Of a stretch of 64,000 nt of DNA, positions 1-8,285 are shown piece by piece. Location of the stretch: positions 32,001-96,000 of the IMG/VR virus record IMGVR_UViG_3300011226_000001. One strand, 5' to 3'. The first letter of the stretch is position 1, and the number at the start of each line of letters is the position of its first letter. Source of the stretch: a virus (taxonomy: Duplodnaviria; Caudoviricetes). The translations under genes were made by a program, and so were the position numbers. The notes under the pieces were generated by a model. The model did no database searches. It saw nothing but the letters and a program-made list of their open reading frames with translations, and was not told the origin of the DNA.

Positions 1-190
1 CTACAGGTTCAGACTGACCGGGCTCGATATAGAAGCAGGTGTTTGCTCCTGTCTTACCGACAATATACATCTGACCTTTGATTTCCACAGAGTAGCGCCA
101 GTCAAACAAAGCACGAACTTCTGGTTCGTGGTTAGCTTCGGTCGACAGCGCTTTCTTCACTTGCTGCTTTAGAATAGAAAACAGGTTCAT
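1..190 (-). CDS. hypothetical protein, 3'-truncated by the window edge
   Basis: ATG at 190 with GAGGA RBS; reads MNLFSILKQQVKKALSTEANHEPEV and stays open to the window edge. Confidence 0.7.
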   Translation of the reverse strand, partial: MNLFSILKQQVKKALSTEANHEPEVRALFDWRYSVEIKGQMYIVGKTGANTCFYIEPGQSEPV

Positions 191-197
191 TTGTTCC

Positions 198-464
198 TCA
201 ATCCGCCAGTACGTAAAGGTCCATCAATTCTGATGCGGTGATCGCGTCGTATTTACCGTTCTCGTTTTTCACTGCGTAGTTGCCAACTGCCACATTCGCC
301 AGAGTCGGCTTACCGAATTGGTCTGTTACACCAATCTGAACATAGCGCCCTACAACGTAACCGCTGCCGTTGAGAAAGTTATTCATCTCCTCAACGTTCT
401 CACCGTTCCACTGACAGGCTTCAATCACTGGAACTCGTTTTAACTGAAAGCGATTAATCATCAT
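198..464 (-). CDS. hypothetical phage protein (88 aa)
   Basis: ORF with GAGG RBS, tightly packed in the operon. Confidence 0.75.
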   Translation of the reverse strand: MMINRFQLKRVPVIEACQWNGENVEEMNNFLNGSGYVVGRYVQIGVTDQFGKPTLANVAVGNYAVKNENGKYDAITASELMDLYVLAD

Positions 465-473
465 ACCCTCGCG

Positions 474-1094
474 TTACTGCTGCTGGCGCTTTTCAAGGAA
501 CTCTCGCACCAGACCTGCATAGTTGTGATAGACGTTGCGCTTCACACCGAGTTTGTGTGCTGCAACGATCATTGACGGACTCGATAAGAACTTAGGCGTG
601 TCGTCCAGTTCTTCACGCGCTCCGTGTTCATCGAACTCAGACCCTGCTGCGAATCGCACAGCCTTGTCTGCTACAATGAACTCGTGGTCGAGGTCGAAGT
701 GCTTCAAACGACCAGCGATGCGCCCGAGTTGTCGTTGCTTCTGATAGACATTTACAGAAATTGAGGAGGCAACGACAGGCGTAGACCCACATTTGAGATC
801 ATCGCAGTAGATGATGTTATGACTCTGACCGCATTGGTCAATCATGTTGCGAGCCACCAGCGAACCTACATAGCTGCTAATCAAGAACAGACCGCGATAC
901 GTGCCGAGCACATTACCGATATGCTTCTCAATCTCTTCGGGAGTAAATCCCATAGACAGCGAAGGATAAGTTGCTGCTACTGCGCGGCGTCGTGGATCAC
1001 TAGGAGCGTGAACACGCGCTTTAATGCCGGACTCTAGCAGATTGTGGAATACGTAGCTTCCGCCTACGCCACCGTCAATGATGTGTACTAACAT
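474..1094 (-). CDS. divergent Asp/Glu racemase (MurI)-fold-like protein
   Basis: Start moved to MLVHIIDGGVGGSYV (GAGG RBS), which resembles the MurI N-terminal motif IGVFDSGVGGLSV; the catalytic Cys motifs are not evident. Confidence 0.5.
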   Translation of the reverse strand: MLVHIIDGGVGGSYVFHNLLESGIKARVHAPSDPRRRAVAATYPSLSMGFTPEEIEKHIGNVLGTYRGLFLISSYVGSLVARNMIDQCGQSHNIIYCDDLKCGSTPVVASSISVNVYQKQRQLGRIAGRLKHFDLDHEFIVADKAVRFAAGSEFDEHGAREELDDTPKFLSSPSMIVAAHKLGVKRNVYHNYAGLVREFLEKRQQQ

Positions 1095-1095
1095 A

Positions 1096-1965
1096 TTAAG
1101 TCCTCGTTGACCAATCACGCGCAAGATCCATAACACGCTTGCGACCGTTGAAGTTGATCTCAGGATTATCCAGTAAGCGTTCGAAGTACGCAGGTACTCC
1201 AGCTTCTGTTTGATAGCCGCGGTGAGGACGATGCCCTACCACAGCGATGTGATCAGCCCATGCTTCTGTAATTGGCATTTTTTGCTTAGGCTGATTTAGT
1301 TCTTGCCACGAACGACCGATGAAGTAGTCATGGACTTTCTTCAACAGCCACGGGTTAACGTGAGTCAGGCCGAAAGTGTCGCACAGCATTTCGTGTTGCA
1401 GCATACCACTTGGGTTATAGCCGTCGACGCCGAGAGACTTCTTACCGTTCTTGAACCACGGAGCCCAGTATTCTTTGCGATACTCGTCGAACTTTTCGAG
1501 TACGCTATGCGGGCCGCTGATTTTTGCGATGTGGGTGTTACGCGCAAAGCAGAAGTAAGCGTCAGCAACAAGGCCGCTGAGAACGTACTTGTAACCTGCT
1601 TCTTTGATTGCCTTGTAGCAATACACCATAGGGTAAGCACACTCATAGTCACGCTTTTTGATACAGCGATACTTGGCGTGAAGTGTGCGCCAACCCTGAG
1701 CGATAGCAGTGTCAGACGTAGGAACTTTCACAAGCGTGAACTCCCAACCCATCTTCTCTGCGACTTTACGCGCGTGTTTGCTGTCGAAACTTTCGTTGTC
1801 GCCCATCTGGAAAGTAAAGGCATGTACCTTCTTTCCTAAGTCATGGGCAGCGAGCCCGCTAACAAGTCCGTCAAGACCACTGGATAGCAGCACTGCCACC
1901 TTGTCGTCTTTGACTTCTGCTTTAACGTGCTGTTCAAACAGCTTGCGCAAAACGTGTTTAGCCAT
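1096..1965 (-). CDS. asparagine-synthetase-like ATP pyrophosphatase (PP-loop amide ligase), no glutaminase domain
   Basis: VAVLLSSGLDG (cf. LSGGLDS) and VLSGLVADAYF (cf. vlsGeGaDElF); 289 aa, synthetase domain only. Confidence 0.75.
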   Translation of the reverse strand: MAKHVLRKLFEQHVKAEVKDDKVAVLLSSGLDGLVSGLAAHDLGKKVHAFTFQMGDNESFDSKHARKVAEKMGWEFTLVKVPTSDTAIAQGWRTLHAKYRCIKKRDYECAYPMVYCYKAIKEAGYKYVLSGLVADAYFCFARNTHIAKISGPHSVLEKFDEYRKEYWAPWFKNGKKSLGVDGYNPSGMLQHEMLCDTFGLTHVNPWLLKKVHDYFIGRSWQELNQPKQKMPITEAWADHIAVVGHRPHRGYQTEAGVPAYFERLLDNPEINFNGRKRVMDLARDWSTRT

Positions 1966-2902
1966 GATTACCCAGCCTTAAAATATTCGCAGTTGTTGTT
2001 CCGTGAAGTTCAGCCAGATAGTCTGCGCGAACGTTAGGACCGAGTAGTTCAATCTCAGAGTCAAACGGTAGCTCAGTATCTGACAATACGAAGGCATGGT
2101 TCATGCTGATTGCGTGGTCAACTCCTGTAAGCAACGTGACTTGCGCATGTGGTGCGTCAGGACAATGCACAGGTGTGTTCTTGGCAGACTGATACAGGTT
2201 ATCGTAGTAACCCACATCAATCGAGTACAGGAACTTGTCTGCGCAGTTAGGTACTAATGCACCGTAACCAAATACTTTACCTGCATCCAGCTTATCGCAG
2301 ATACGAGCAAGCACTGTCTTCGCTACACGCAAATTACCGTTCACAGTTTCATCGCTACTATAACCGGTAAGTGCCATGCCAACACGCGGTTTCAACTTCG
2401 GCGCGTACGGATTAAGCACGTTCATGCTTGAGCCAACAGACAGCATAGACAGCGGTACGTTGTAGCGTTGTGCAATCTCGTTAGCATCGTACTCAGACAC
2501 AGGCACACGGTAATCATCCGAGTGAACAAGAATCAATGCTGGTGGGTGCGTTAAACCTTCAGGCTTGACGTTGATACGACGACAACCCCAATCAGCAAAG
2601 ACAGCGTATCGTCCTTCATACTTGCCTACTTGCTTTGCGTTCAGAACAGGCACTGTATTCCACATGCGCCCGTCTACACCACCGAGAATTAACAGCGTGT
2701 GGTCGAGTTCAAGTTCACGCAGCGCGAGCACGTCACGGTCGCTATGAACAGCGAGCACCTCAAACCCTAAAGAGAATGCTTTCACGCAATCTAAACCATG
2801 CCCGTAGAAATTACCTTTCACAACCGGAATCATGGACGGAGCGAGTGATTTTAAATAGGCCGCATTACTCGCTAACGCGGCATTGTCGATTAAGACTTTC
2901 AT
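1958..2902 (-). CDS. alr: alanine-racemase-like PLP enzyme
   Basis: VVKGNFYGHG (PLP Lys), RVGMALTG, FGYG (catalytic Tyr position), DVGYYD, ISMN. Confidence 0.8.
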   Translation of the reverse strand: MKVLIDNAALASNAAYLKSLAPSMIPVVKGNFYGHGLDCVKAFSLGFEVLAVHSDRDVLALRELELDHTLLILGGVDGRMWNTVPVLNAKQVGKYEGRYAVFADWGCRRINVKPEGLTHPPALILVHSDDYRVPVSEYDANEIAQRYNVPLSMLSVGSSMNVLNPYAPKLKPRVGMALTGYSSDETVNGNLRVAKTVLARICDKLDAGKVFGYGALVPNCADKFLYSIDVGYYDNLYQSAKNTPVHCPDAPHAQVTLLTGVDHAISMNHAFVLSDTELPFDSEIELLGPNVRADYLAELHGTTTANILRLGNHG

Positions 2903-3933
2903 CAGCGTTTCAGCGTCGTGATGTAGTGAGCAACACGGTCGAACTCTTCACCGCCCGCTTGTGGATCAAACGCTACGTAACCACTGCTCTTAGAAAGATT
3001 ACGCAGATACACTTCACGCTCTTTCCTTGTCATCTTCACTTCGCAGAAGTTGATACTGATACCGACAACTTTCGGGTACCAGTCGTGCATTGCGGCAGCA
3101 GCGAGATTGGCAGAGATCTCGTCAACGATGTTGATCTCGCGCTCGGTGTTCATCATGAAGTTGCGACCGACAGTGTGGCAGACAACGATAGCGTCAGGCT
3201 GAGAGCCAGCAATCAGGCTCATGCTACCGCCGGTGTAAGCTGGATGACGCAGCGCACCCTGACCTTCAATCAGATAGATAGCTTCTTCGTCAGCAGGTGA
3301 CAGCCACTCAGCAGCACCGGCAAGGAAGTCAGCGACCACAGTGTCGTTGTTGATGCCACGACCGCTAATCAGAAAACCAGTTTGACCGGTAGCACAGAAC
3401 ACAGCTTTCTGTTTCAGCTCGGTCAGCTTCTTGGTCAGTGCGAGTGCAGTAAATTTCTTACCGCACGAACAGTCAGTACCAACAGTAAGAACACGAACAC
3501 CGGCACGAGGCAGACCAGTGCCCAGAGGATATTGCTCAGGGTGGTGGCGGAAGTCATACAGCGATACTCCATGCTCACGAGCTAAAGCGAAGTATTTAGG
3601 GTTGTCAGACAGCTTGACATGCAGAGCAGCAGCAACGTTCAGGCCTCGCTTCAATGCTTCGCAGATGGCGCGATCAATGTCTTCGTTAATCTGACCGCCA
3701 AATGGTGCAAACCCGATGACCAGAGTTTCTGCATCGGTCTTATCGAGGTCACGAATTTCAACGTGAGGCATTTCAGGGAACAGGTTGTTAGCATCGTCAA
3801 CTACACAGCAGACTTTCTCTGACGCCCACTCAACCATACCGGCAGTGATCTTCGCCATTGCTTTCGTCGTGGCGTTACCACAGAACATCGCGTACGGTTG
3901 CGGAATATTATAGATATCACCAATCACGCTCAT
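2902..3933 (-). CDS. DUF1611 / DgcN-like P-loop protein (D-glutamate N-acetyltransferase family)
   Basis: GTDCSCGKKFTAL, ATGQTG, DFLAGAAE, IEGQGALRHP; start MSVIGDIY overlaps the upstream stop. Confidence 0.8.
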   Translation of the reverse strand: MSVIGDIYNIPQPYAMFCGNATTKAMAKITAGMVEWASEKVCCVVDDANNLFPEMPHVEIRDLDKTDAETLVIGFAPFGGQINEDIDRAICEALKRGLNVAAALHVKLSDNPKYFALAREHGVSLYDFRHHPEQYPLGTGLPRAGVRVLTVGTDCSCGKKFTALALTKKLTELKQKAVFCATGQTGFLISGRGINNDTVVADFLAGAAEWLSPADEEAIYLIEGQGALRHPAYTGGSMSLIAGSQPDAIVVCHTVGRNFMMNTEREINIVDEISANLAAAAMHDWYPKVVGISINFCEVKMTRKEREVYLRNLSKSSGYVAFDPQAGGEEFDRVAHYITTLKR

Positions 3934-5195
3934 TTCTTCTTCCCTTTCGTTTTGATTTTGGTGCCATCGAACGTCAAGCCCATACGAGCATGACACTTGT
4001 GTATAGCTTTTACAGTACGCATTAACGTCTGCGTCTTCGACCAGTCTACTACGCCTTTTTCTTCGAGTTCTTTCGACAGGTCGGTCTTCATAGGCTTGCC
4101 GTCATCAGGCACGACTGCATTCTTCATGAAGTCAGCCCAGCCTTTGTCTACGCTCTTGCACCAGTTTGTCAGCAGCGTAGCGCGTTCAGCTTTCGTCAGG
4201 TACTTCGTGCAAGCCCAGTAAGCAATCTCATTGCCCAGTTCTTCCACCTCTTTCGCAGTCACACGGTCAACAGTGCGAATGTGGATGTGCTTGTTCTCAG
4301 AGCAGAAGCGCGTATAGTCTCGCGCCCAATCGTACTTAGAAGTTTGCACAACGAACGTCGGGCAGTACGGAATAGTCTCACGTACACCGTTAGCGAATGA
4401 CTCTACTTCGGCACATGACAGCGCTACGGTACATTGTCCAATGAACGCCATCTTCTCGTCGCCGGACAGACCGCTAACGACTTGATAATCTTTCACACCT
4501 GCATCAGCAAGCTCTTTCTCCCAGCTTCTGACTTGACGATCAGAGCCGGTCATCACACGAACAGGCAGACCAGATGCAGCAGCAATACGCGCAGCAAACG
4601 CAGGACGCTTAACCTTCTCGTATCGACAGATAATCAGCAGCGAGGGTTTACGTTTCGCAGGAGGATTGTAGTCTGATACACTGAATGCGTTGTACGCAAC
4701 AGCAGCCTCAGTTTTATAAATCTCAGACAGCACACGCGCAGTTGAGTCACAGTTCGCTAAGATACGCAGACCAGTGACAGGCGCTTGCAGCAGCGCACGG
4801 TGCATCTTCTCAGCGCCAAGCCCGTTCAGGTCTTGCGTCAACAGGAAGCTGTTATGTGAACGGTAGTAAACAGGCATAATCTTAGGCAGCCCGAGACCGA
4901 CAGCAGCTTCGACAGCTTCGTAGGTGCTACAAATGATTGCACGGTACGGAGTGCGGTCGAGCGCTTCGAGCAGAGCACTTTGAATGTGACCAACTTTGTA
5001 CCCGTCACTCAGAGTGGTGTCACCGTAGTTAAACCACTGGCTCTTGGTGACAGAGCTGTTTTCACCGTCAGTGATGAAGTCGCAGAAGCCGTACGCTTCG
5101 AGTCCATCAATGTACGCACCTACACCAGACTTGGTTCTGTCCAGAAGAGTCTTGTGAGGCACGATTGCTAAGATACGCCCGTTTACTTTCATCAT
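3930..5195 (-). CDS. glycosyltransferase, GT-B fold (GT4-like)
   Basis: SGVGAY, CRYEKVKRP, SCAEVESFANGVRE (ExF...E signature); start moved to MMKVNG. Confidence 0.7.
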   Translation of the reverse strand: MMKVNGRILAIVPHKTLLDRTKSGVGAYIDGLEAYGFCDFITDGENSSVTKSQWFNYGDTTLSDGYKVGHIQSALLEALDRTPYRAIICSTYEAVEAAVGLGLPKIMPVYYRSHNSFLLTQDLNGLGAEKMHRALLQAPVTGLRILANCDSTARVLSEIYKTEAAVAYNAFSVSDYNPPAKRKPSLLIICRYEKVKRPAFAARIAAASGLPVRVMTGSDRQVRSWEKELADAGVKDYQVVSGLSGDEKMAFIGQCTVALSCAEVESFANGVRETIPYCPTFVVQTSKYDWARDYTRFCSENKHIHIRTVDRVTAKEVEELGNEIAYWACTKYLTKAERATLLTNWCKSVDKGWADFMKNAVVPDDGKPMKTDLSKELEEKGVVDWSKTQTLMRTVKAIHKCHARMGLTFDGTKIKTKGKKK

Positions 5196-5202
5196 ACTTC
5201 CC

Positions 5203-5973
5203 TTACTTAATTGCGATCCATCCAGCGAAGTTAAGATCGCGGTAGAAACATTCAACGCGGTCGAAGCCTGCTTTGCGCAGCAGTTCTTCGTTCCACGCGG
5301 CTTTGACAGGTACGAGTACGCCTTCAAGAGCTTTGCGTTTCGTCGCAATGCTCTCTTGCGAATAACCGTTGTCGCCCTTCATGCCGTAGTAAGTATCCAC
5401 CAGCAGACGGTCGAGGAAGTTGTCGTCACCCAACACTTTCTCAACGAGAATGAACGCACCGCCTTTCTGCAACGAGTCGTACACTTTCTCCAGAATGTGC
5501 TGACGATGTTCTATCGGCGTAAACTGGAGAGTAAGTACCGATAGAATAAGCGAACACTCTACCTGCTCGTCGAAGCGGAACGTGTCTACTTCAACCAGCG
5601 ACTCGCTACTGATTTTCGCTTTAGCCGTTTTCAGCACAGGGTTTTCACGCAGACGCTCAAGCATTGCAGGCGCGACTTCGTAGCAGCAATACATGTTGCC
5701 GACTTCACGATCAGGCTCAGGACGATCAGCAGCGTGGAGATACATGTACTCGCCGAACTCAGCACAGAACGGTTCGATAGCACGTCCAAGTGAAGCACCC
5801 AGATCAACGATAGCTGAACCCGGAGTCACGAACTGGCGACCAAGACGATAGGTCAGATCGCGCATACGATCATAGGAAGGAATTGAGTTTTGCAGCATGT
5901 TATCGAACACAGCAGCAACTGGCTCATTGAACTCCCAGCGACCGACAGGCATTGTTTTATCAACGTTGCTCAT
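5203..5973 (-). CDS. cmoA: CmoA-like SAM-dependent enzyme (carboxy-SAM synthase / methyltransferase)
   Basis: WEFNEPVAAVFDNMLQNSIPSY, DLGASLG, LTLQF, GGAFILVEK, GYSQESIATKRKALE and NFAGWIAIK follow E. coli CmoA motifs. Confidence 0.8.
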   Translation of the reverse strand: MSNVDKTMPVGRWEFNEPVAAVFDNMLQNSIPSYDRMRDLTYRLGRQFVTPGSAIVDLGASLGRAIEPFCAEFGEYMYLHAADRPEPDREVGNMYCCYEVAPAMLERLRENPVLKTAKAKISSESLVEVDTFRFDEQVECSLILSVLTLQFTPIEHRQHILEKVYDSLQKGGAFILVEKVLGDDNFLDRLLVDTYYGMKGDNGYSQESIATKRKALEGVLVPVKAAWNEELLRKAGFDRVECFYRDLNFAGWIAIK

Positions 5974-6023
5974 GTTTAAATTCCGTTATTTGTTTTGACA
6001 GCAGAAATTACCGTTCGCAGATG

Positions 6024-6785
6024 CTAGACGCGAAAACGACGACCGCTAACAGTGCCTCGTGTTTCCGAGGAATCACTAAAGCCGCGCGTCTTATCTGGAG
6101 GCGCAATAGGTCCGTTAAACACAGCAGCCAGATCATTGTACGCACGAGGCTCCGCCAACTTTTTGCCAGCAGCAGCGGCATCAGCTTTTGCTTTCTCACG
6201 CGCTTTCTTTGACGCAACGATACGAGGGTCGGTATATAGAGGCTCGCGTTTCATATCCAGAATGGACATCATGCGATGTGGGTGCGTTTCTGCAATCTGA
6301 CGTATCTTGTCCATCTCACCTTTGCGTACTGCCATGCGCAGGATAGACTGACCTGTTGAGATTTCAGATGTTGTACCGGCGCGGACTAAACGACGACGAC
6401 ACTCACCCAAACCGAACCATGTTCCCGCTGATTTCCACACAGAGTAGTCACCACGAGACAACTGACCGAAGCGTTTAAGCTCAAGGAAACGGAACTGCCA
6501 GTTGCTACCGTAAAGATTAATTGCAGCAGCGATGTAGATAGGTTGAATGTTGAGAGAAAGACCAATCTCTACAGCATTGTACGAAGCAGTACAGAAAGAG
6601 CCGACCTGAGAAAGACAGAACTCGAAATATTCTAACGAGTCGGCACACAGGTCACTCGTAGCTGACTTGCTAAGAATGCGTGTGCGCCCATCTTTCATAA
6701 GTCCCTCAAGCATCTCACGACTAGGCGTGGGCCGAGTATAATCCAGTCTCTTTAAACGGGCTTCAATTTTCTGTACAGTAATCAT
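6024..6785 (-). CDS. hypothetical protein
   Basis: 253-aa ORF coupled to the neighbouring gene. Confidence 0.7.
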   Translation of the reverse strand: MITVQKIEARLKRLDYTRPTPSREMLEGLMKDGRTRILSKSATSDLCADSLEYFEFCLSQVGSFCTASYNAVEIGLSLNIQPIYIAAAINLYGSNWQFRFLELKRFGQLSRGDYSVWKSAGTWFGLGECRRRLVRAGTTSEISTGQSILRMAVRKGEMDKIRQIAETHPHRMMSILDMKREPLYTDPRIVASKKAREKAKADAAAAGKKLAEPRAYNDLAAVFNGPIAPPDKTRGFSDSSETRGTVSGRRFRV

Positions 6786-7126
6786 GGCACGTACTCCGAC
6801 ATCTTATCGTGCGTTGTTACGCCTTCCAGATAGTCACATGCAATGAGCTTTAGACGGAAGGTTGTTTTGTCTTTCGGGAAGACGTTAGCGTCCAGATTGC
6901 GGAACGAGCAACTGTATCGTACTCGGTACAAACCGCCTTCTGTCTGAGCGTACAGGACTTCGTTTTCCTGAATCGCTTGAATTACAGGTACGGCGCATCC
7001 CGGCTTCACTTCTACCTGTATTGATTTCGTCGCTTGCTCAACGACGACACTTAAAATTGAGTGTTGGCCACTATCGGTTCCATCTCCGTAAAAGAGCCAA
7101 TCAAATCCGCGTATTGTATTCATCAA
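6782..7126 (-). CDS. hypothetical protein
   Basis: 114-aa ORF, ATGA overlap. Confidence 0.7.
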   Translation of the reverse strand: MMNTIRGFDWLFYGDGTDSGQHSILSVVVEQATKSIQVEVKPGCAVPVIQAIQENEVLYAQTEGGLYRVRYSCSFRNLDANVFPKDKTTFRLKLIACDYLEGVTTHDKMSEYVP

Positions 7127-7138
7127 TACACCCCAGAG

Positions 7139-7732
7139 TTATTGCGCAACGCCCCGCACAAAGTTAGTGTTGTAGTTGCGTGGAAGATAAGCGTACATGT
7201 TGAACTGATACTTTTCACAAATAGCATCAAGCACTACACATACTTCTTCCCACGAAACCCCGCCGAGTCCGCCATAGAAACGCTGAATAGCGATCTGTCG
7301 GTCAATAGCAATGTTTTGTTTATCGCACTGCTCAAGCAAGTCGTCAAACGCTCGCGTGAGGAACTTCTCACTGAAACGATTGATAGGCTTGTGGAACCCA
7401 GCGGACGAACCGTTGAGACCCAGACCGAAACCGCGCGCAATGTGCATGTTAGCAACAAACAAATTGCGGCGATATTGAGTACCGACACGGACCATGTGCG
7501 TCTTACCGATTGTCAGTTCATGCTCATAGTCGATTGTCTCAACATGACGCAGAACTTCCGGGAAGCGACGTGCAATACTCTTTTGAATAGGACTGCCGTA
7601 AGCACCGCGAGCGTTACACTCAACACCAATAACACGGAACTTACCTTGAATGAAGTCAGTAACGAGATTGCCCTTCTCGACAGGGATTACTCGAAACTGC
7701 TTCGGGGCGTAACCGATAGCAGATAAATCCAT
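7139..7732 (-). CDS. macrodomain protein (Appr-1-p / ADP-ribose-processing family), divergent
   Basis: CNARGAYGSPIQKSIARRFPE, VANMH, RFYGGLGGVSWEEV. Confidence 0.7.
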   Translation of the reverse strand: MDLSAIGYAPKQFRVIPVEKGNLVTDFIQGKFRVIGVECNARGAYGSPIQKSIARRFPEVLRHVETIDYEHELTIGKTHMVRVGTQYRRNLFVANMHIARGFGLGLNGSSAGFHKPINRFSEKFLTRAFDDLLEQCDKQNIAIDRQIAIQRFYGGLGGVSWEEVCVVLDAICEKYQFNMYAYLPRNYNTNFVRGVAQ

Positions 7733-8274
7733 TACTTCTCTCCCGAGCTATACATCTTATTGTACAGGCTATTTACAGTTTCGATATCGTCCACCAGATT
7801 TCCAGTGAGCGCATCGCTGTCCCCTTTCTGAATGCTCCACGTAAGACCGAGAGCATCGTTGGCAGGGAAGCCACTTGGGAGGAAGTTCAGTACCATATCT
7901 TTCAGCGTGTAGCAGCGAGCGAGATACAGGTACGTCATAGCCATAACTGCACTGCCCGGCGTGTCTGACATAAGCGCGATATAGATCTTAACGTCTTCGC
8001 CTACTTTAATGTGCGGGTACAGCTCGGCGTTGAAGCGACGACAGATCAGGTCATACATATCAAGCTCTTTACGCAGGTCTTCAAGGAACTCTGCGATATT
8101 CTGCTTGGCCTGTTCGCGCTCTTTACCTACAGGAGCATCTGCAATCTCTTTGACAAGACGCCCGTAGATAGCGAGCAATATCGCTGCATCTCCATTAGGC
8201 TTCTTGTGTCCCATCTTAAACGCGACTCTCGCCGCGTCATACCATTTCTCCAACTGCGCAATCTTTTCCGTCAT
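7732..8274 (-). CDS. hypothetical protein
   Basis: 180-aa ORF with GAGG RBS. Confidence 0.75.
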   Translation of the reverse strand: MTEKIAQLEKWYDAARVAFKMGHKKPNGDAAILLAIYGRLVKEIADAPVGKEREQAKQNIAEFLEDLRKELDMYDLICRRFNAELYPHIKVGEDVKIYIALMSDTPGSAVMAMTYLYLARCYTLKDMVLNFLPSGFPANDALGLTWSIQKGDSDALTGNLVDDIETVNSLYNKMYSSGEK

Positions 8275-8285
8275 GCTATCCTCTA

